DNA from: an uncultured archaeon
GTDB lineage: Archaea; Asgardarchaeota; Lokiarchaeia; Sigyniarchaeales; SOKP01
Reading direction: 5' to 3'
Assembly: GCA_964486045.1 (NCBI GenBank)
Contig: CAZALK010000001.1
Span: 32,001-96,000 of the forward strand
Length of the DNA: 64,000 nt
Part shown: piece by piece, positions 60,730 through 64,000 of the stretch
How the letters are laid out: the number at the start of each line of letters is the position of its first letter
Position numbering within the stretch: the stretch's first letter is position 1
Translations under genes and position numbers: made by a program
The notes under the pieces: generated by a model
Seen by the model: the letters and a program-made list of their open reading frames with translations, nothing else
Told to the model about the DNA's origin: nothing
Databases searched by the model: none

Positions 60730-62973
60730 ATGGAAGAATTATTAAATATTGCTAAAAATGCGTTTCCAGAAGTATCTGGTTCTGAAAAAGTAAAAGGTAT
60801 TCATGAAAATGTTGAAATTCTGTGGGATAAATGGGGCATCCCGCATATTTATGCAAACTCTGTCAATGACGCCTATTTTGCCCAAGGTTACATCCATGCT
60901 AGTCATAGGTTATGGCAATTGGAATTTTTTAAGAGAGTAACTTCAGGAGAATTATCAGAAATTGTTGGAGAAGCAACTTTAGATCGAGATAAACACTATA
61001 GAATAATTGGGTTACATCGAATTGCAGAAAAAAGTGCGAAAAATTTAAGAAAAGACCCTAATAACGAAACTTTGCAAGGACTGAATTCCTTTATTGAAGG
61101 AGTAAACGCTGGAATTAAAAAAGCCATGAAAAATTTACCTATCGAATTTGCTTTGCTTAATATTAAACCAAGAGAGTGGACTCTAGAAGATTCACTTAAA
61201 ATTATGAGTCTAATAGAATGGGGATTGGGAGGTTGGAGTTATACTTTAGAGTTACTACGTGAGCATCTGGTTATAAAATTAGGTGTTGAAATGGCAGATA
61301 AAGTAATTCCTCTCTATTCTGGGGCAAATATAGATATGTCTAAGGGCAGTAATGGATGGGTTGTTAGCCCCAACAAATCAGAATCAGGAGCAGTTTTATT
61401 TGCTAATGATCCACACTTACCACATACTCTACCATCAATCTGGATACTCATGCATCTAGTTTACCCTGATTTTAATGCAATTGGTTCCTCATTTCCTGGT
61501 ACATCAGGTATTATATTAGGGCACAATGAAAAAATAGCCTGGGGAGCAACTACGGTAACTTCAGATAACGTTGATCTTTTCAAACTCGAGATTAATCCAG
61601 GAAATAAAAATCAGTATAAGTATAATGACAGATGGGTTGATTTTGAGGTTGTTGATGAACCAATAAAAGTTCAAGGTTCTTCTAATCCGCTTGATTATAA
61701 AGTAAGATTTACGAAATTTGGACCAGTTATGGAGTATATCGAACTTGGAACTAAATTTCATAAAATTCAACTTCCCGGAAAATATGCTTTGCAGTGGACT
61801 AGCTATATTGCAAATTTAGAAGATACAATTGATGGTTTTAGAATGATCAATACAGCATCTAATTGGAATGAGTTTCGTAACGCAGTAAGTAAAATAACGA
61901 TTACACCTCAGAATTTTATATATGGTGATATAGACGGAAATATTGGTCATCAGCATGGTGGAAGACTTCCTCAGCGTAGATTTGGTGATGGAGCAATGGT
62001 AACCCCTGGAACTGATGAGAGATTTAATTGGAACGGTCTTGTTCCCTTTGAGAAAATGTTTTCTATATATAATCCAGATTACGGTTTTGTATATACTGCT
62101 AATTATAATGAGAATAAGGCACCAAACGGGATATTAATAGCTCAGGATAGGGCTAAACCTTACCGACAAATGAGAATTAAAAAATTACTTCAGGGAAAAG
62201 AAACTTTTTCTTTTGAGAATTTTAAAAGCTTTCAGTTAGATTTTTTTACCGAAGAAGCACAAGAGTTATTACCAATTATGCTAAAGCATGTGAAAGATAA
62301 ACTATTATCAAATCATCAAAAAGAAATTTTTACTTTATTAGAAAATTGGGATTATTATTTAACAAAAAATAGTGTTGCGGGTACAATCTATAAAATCTGG
62401 TTCCAAGAATCTTTAAAAATAATATTGGTTCCATTAATCGGGAAGGAACTCTTCTATCTCTATTTAACATCAAACCCATTTGAACTCAAAAGATTATTTA
62501 AGATCTATGAGGACAATGTAAAGGAACTTGAGGAAAAATTATTAATTGCATTAGAAAATACAATAAAATTCCTATCAGAGAAACTATCACTAGATATTAA
62601 TAAATGGAAATGGGGAAATCTTCATAAAATTGTTTTAACTCATCCTTTTTCTCAAGTTAATGAGGCTGCTAAAATGTTGAACATTGGTCCATTTAAAATT
62701 GGGGGGGATAGCAATACTCTTTGTAATGGTTCCTATGATCCAACAAATAACTATAATAACATTGTTGGACCCTCATACCGTCAAATTCATGATTTATCGG
62801 ATTGGGATAAGTCCATAGGAGTCATTCCAGGAGGGCAATCAGGTTTACCTTTCCATAAGCATTACAAAGATTTAATGAAATTATGGGTAAAAGGGAAATA
62901 TATTCCTTTATTATTTACTAAAGAAGCAATTTCTAAAAATCTCGAAGGAACCTTTAAGTTAATACCAAACTAA
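60730..62973 (+). CDS. Penicillin acylase family Ntn-hydrolase (S45)
   Basis: D.WGIPHIYA, AQGY.HA..RLWQ, GSNGW (Ser nucleophile), ANDPHL, PGGQSG.P..KHY.D. Confidence 0.95.
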   Translation: MEELLNIAKNAFPEVSGSEKVKGIHENVEILWDKWGIPHIYANSVNDAYFAQGYIHASHRLWQLEFFKRVTSGELSEIVGEATLDRDKHYRIIGLHRIAEKSAKNLRKDPNNETLQGLNSFIEGVNAGIKKAMKNLPIEFALLNIKPREWTLEDSLKIMSLIEWGLGGWSYTLELLREHLVIKLGVEMADKVIPLYSGANIDMSKGSNGWVVSPNKSESGAVLFANDPHLPHTLPSIWILMHLVYPDFNAIGSSFPGTSGIILGHNEKIAWGATTVTSDNVDLFKLEINPGNKNQYKYNDRWVDFEVVDEPIKVQGSSNPLDYKVRFTKFGPVMEYIELGTKFHKIQLPGKYALQWTSYIANLEDTIDGFRMINTASNWNEFRNAVSKITITPQNFIYGDIDGNIGHQHGGRLPQRRFGDGAMVTPGTDERFNWNGLVPFEKMFSIYNPDYGFVYTANYNENKAPNGILIAQDRAKPYRQMRIKKLLQGKETFSFENFKSFQLDFFTEEAQELLPIMLKHVKDKLLSNHQKEIFTLLENWDYYLTKNSVAGTIYKIWFQESLKIILVPLIGKELFYLYLTSNPFELKRLFKIYEDNVKELEEKLLIALENTIKFLSEKLSLDINKWKWGNLHKIVLTHPFSQVNEAAKMLNIGPFKIGGDSNTLCNGSYDPTNNYNNIVGPSYRQIHDLSDWDKSIGVIPGGQSGLPFHKHYKDLMKLWVKGKYIPLLFTKEAISKNLEGTFKLIPN

Positions 62974-63019
62974 AATATTTTTTTTGATATTCATATTTAT
63001 AAATAGTAAAAACAAAACA

Positions 63020-64000
63020 ATGAATAATATGAACGAAAATAAGCGATTTGAAACGCAAGTTATTAGTGATGAAATATTAGCCAAATTAAGTCTTCAAAAC
63101 CGATATAAATTTGTGAACGATAACTTAAGAACAATACTTTCTGAAAAACAATTTAGTTTCCTTAATCAAGTCCAAGATTTCTGTCTGAATTATGAAATTA
63201 AGAATAAAATAACGCATGGACCAGAAGAAGACATATATGATTGGGTACCAGACTTTGGAAAAGAAGGATATATTACACGTCAAACACCCTATGAATGCAT
63301 CGATTTAAATTATGAATATTATGGAATGGCTATTGAATTTATGAGAATTTTAGCTTTAGATAATTTCGATCCCCAATTTGCGATGAGTACAGGTGCAACA
63401 GTTATTTGTCTCAATCCTATTTATGCCCATCATGAAAATATTCCTGTGAGATTACAAGCCTTAAAAGAACTCGTCACAGGTCAAGAAGTAGGATGTTTAT
63501 TAATTACAGAACCCGAAAGAGGTTCTGATGCAGTACATCAATTAACCACTTGTGATGAGCAGGATGATGGTAGTTTTCTGCTAAATGGGGAGAAAATTTT
63601 TAATACAAATGCCCCAAAAGCGAAATGGGCTGTTTCCTATGCTACCGCAGAAAAAATCAGGGAAATTTAATGGCACAGTTTTTAATTAACACTTCCTGGG
63701 AAGGTTGGAACATAAAACGGGTCAACATTCCTTGGACACCGAAGTTATTTATAGGAAGAGAACGACTTGAGAACCTGCGAGTATCAAAAGAATATGTATT
63801 AGGAGGAATCGGAAAAGGGAGAGAACACCTTTTTGAAGGCTTAATTCCTGAGAGAATCGCTATAGCTGTGAGATGCGTCAGTGCGTGCTGGGGAGCTTTA
63901 GCTCATTCTGTAATATATGCAAACATGAGAAGACAATTCGATAAAGAAATTTTACTTTTTCAAGGAGTTGGATTTACCTTAGCAGACCTTTGGGCAAAAA
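63020..64000 (+). CDS. Acyl-CoA dehydrogenase paralogue, frameshifted at 63651-63656, runs off window end
   Basis: Colinear with 59301-60584; one extra A restores AEKNQGNLMAQFLINTSWEGW...LIPER...RRQFDKEILLFQGVGF. Confidence 0.9.

Overview
AT-rich archaeal chromosome segment that looks like Lokiarchaeia (Asgard archaea). The evidence is archaeal information-processing genes (TBP, TFS, Spt5, aIF1A, aIF2-gamma, CDC48), tetraether synthase, form III RuBisCO with R15P isomerase, and PSTK. These sit alongside eukaryotic-signature proteins: four Rab-like GTPases, longin and roadblock proteins, a V4R/Bet3-like protein and ribosomal eL22. Most of the window is housekeeping; I found no CRISPR array, intact mobile element or tRNA. 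The best signals are non-coding. (1) At 50291-50503 there is a 5S rRNA-like RNA gene in circularly permuted order: the 3' half comes first, helix I is closed by a UUCG tetraloop, the loop B/helix III arm is duplicated, and a new 17-bp stem closes the ends. (2) Upstream of ileS is a short leader ORF ending in Ile-Ile-Ile, followed by competing RNA helices, which resembles a ribosome-dependent attenuator. (3) At 19220-19336 there is an orphan multi-branched structured RNA. Also present are a 35-aa tandem-repeat protein, an ABC exporter with a ~220-aa Met-rich insertion, an HhH-extended aIF2-gamma, probable ATT start codons, several gene remnants and three single-base frameshifts. All calls come from motif recognition and manual base-pairing; no searches were run.
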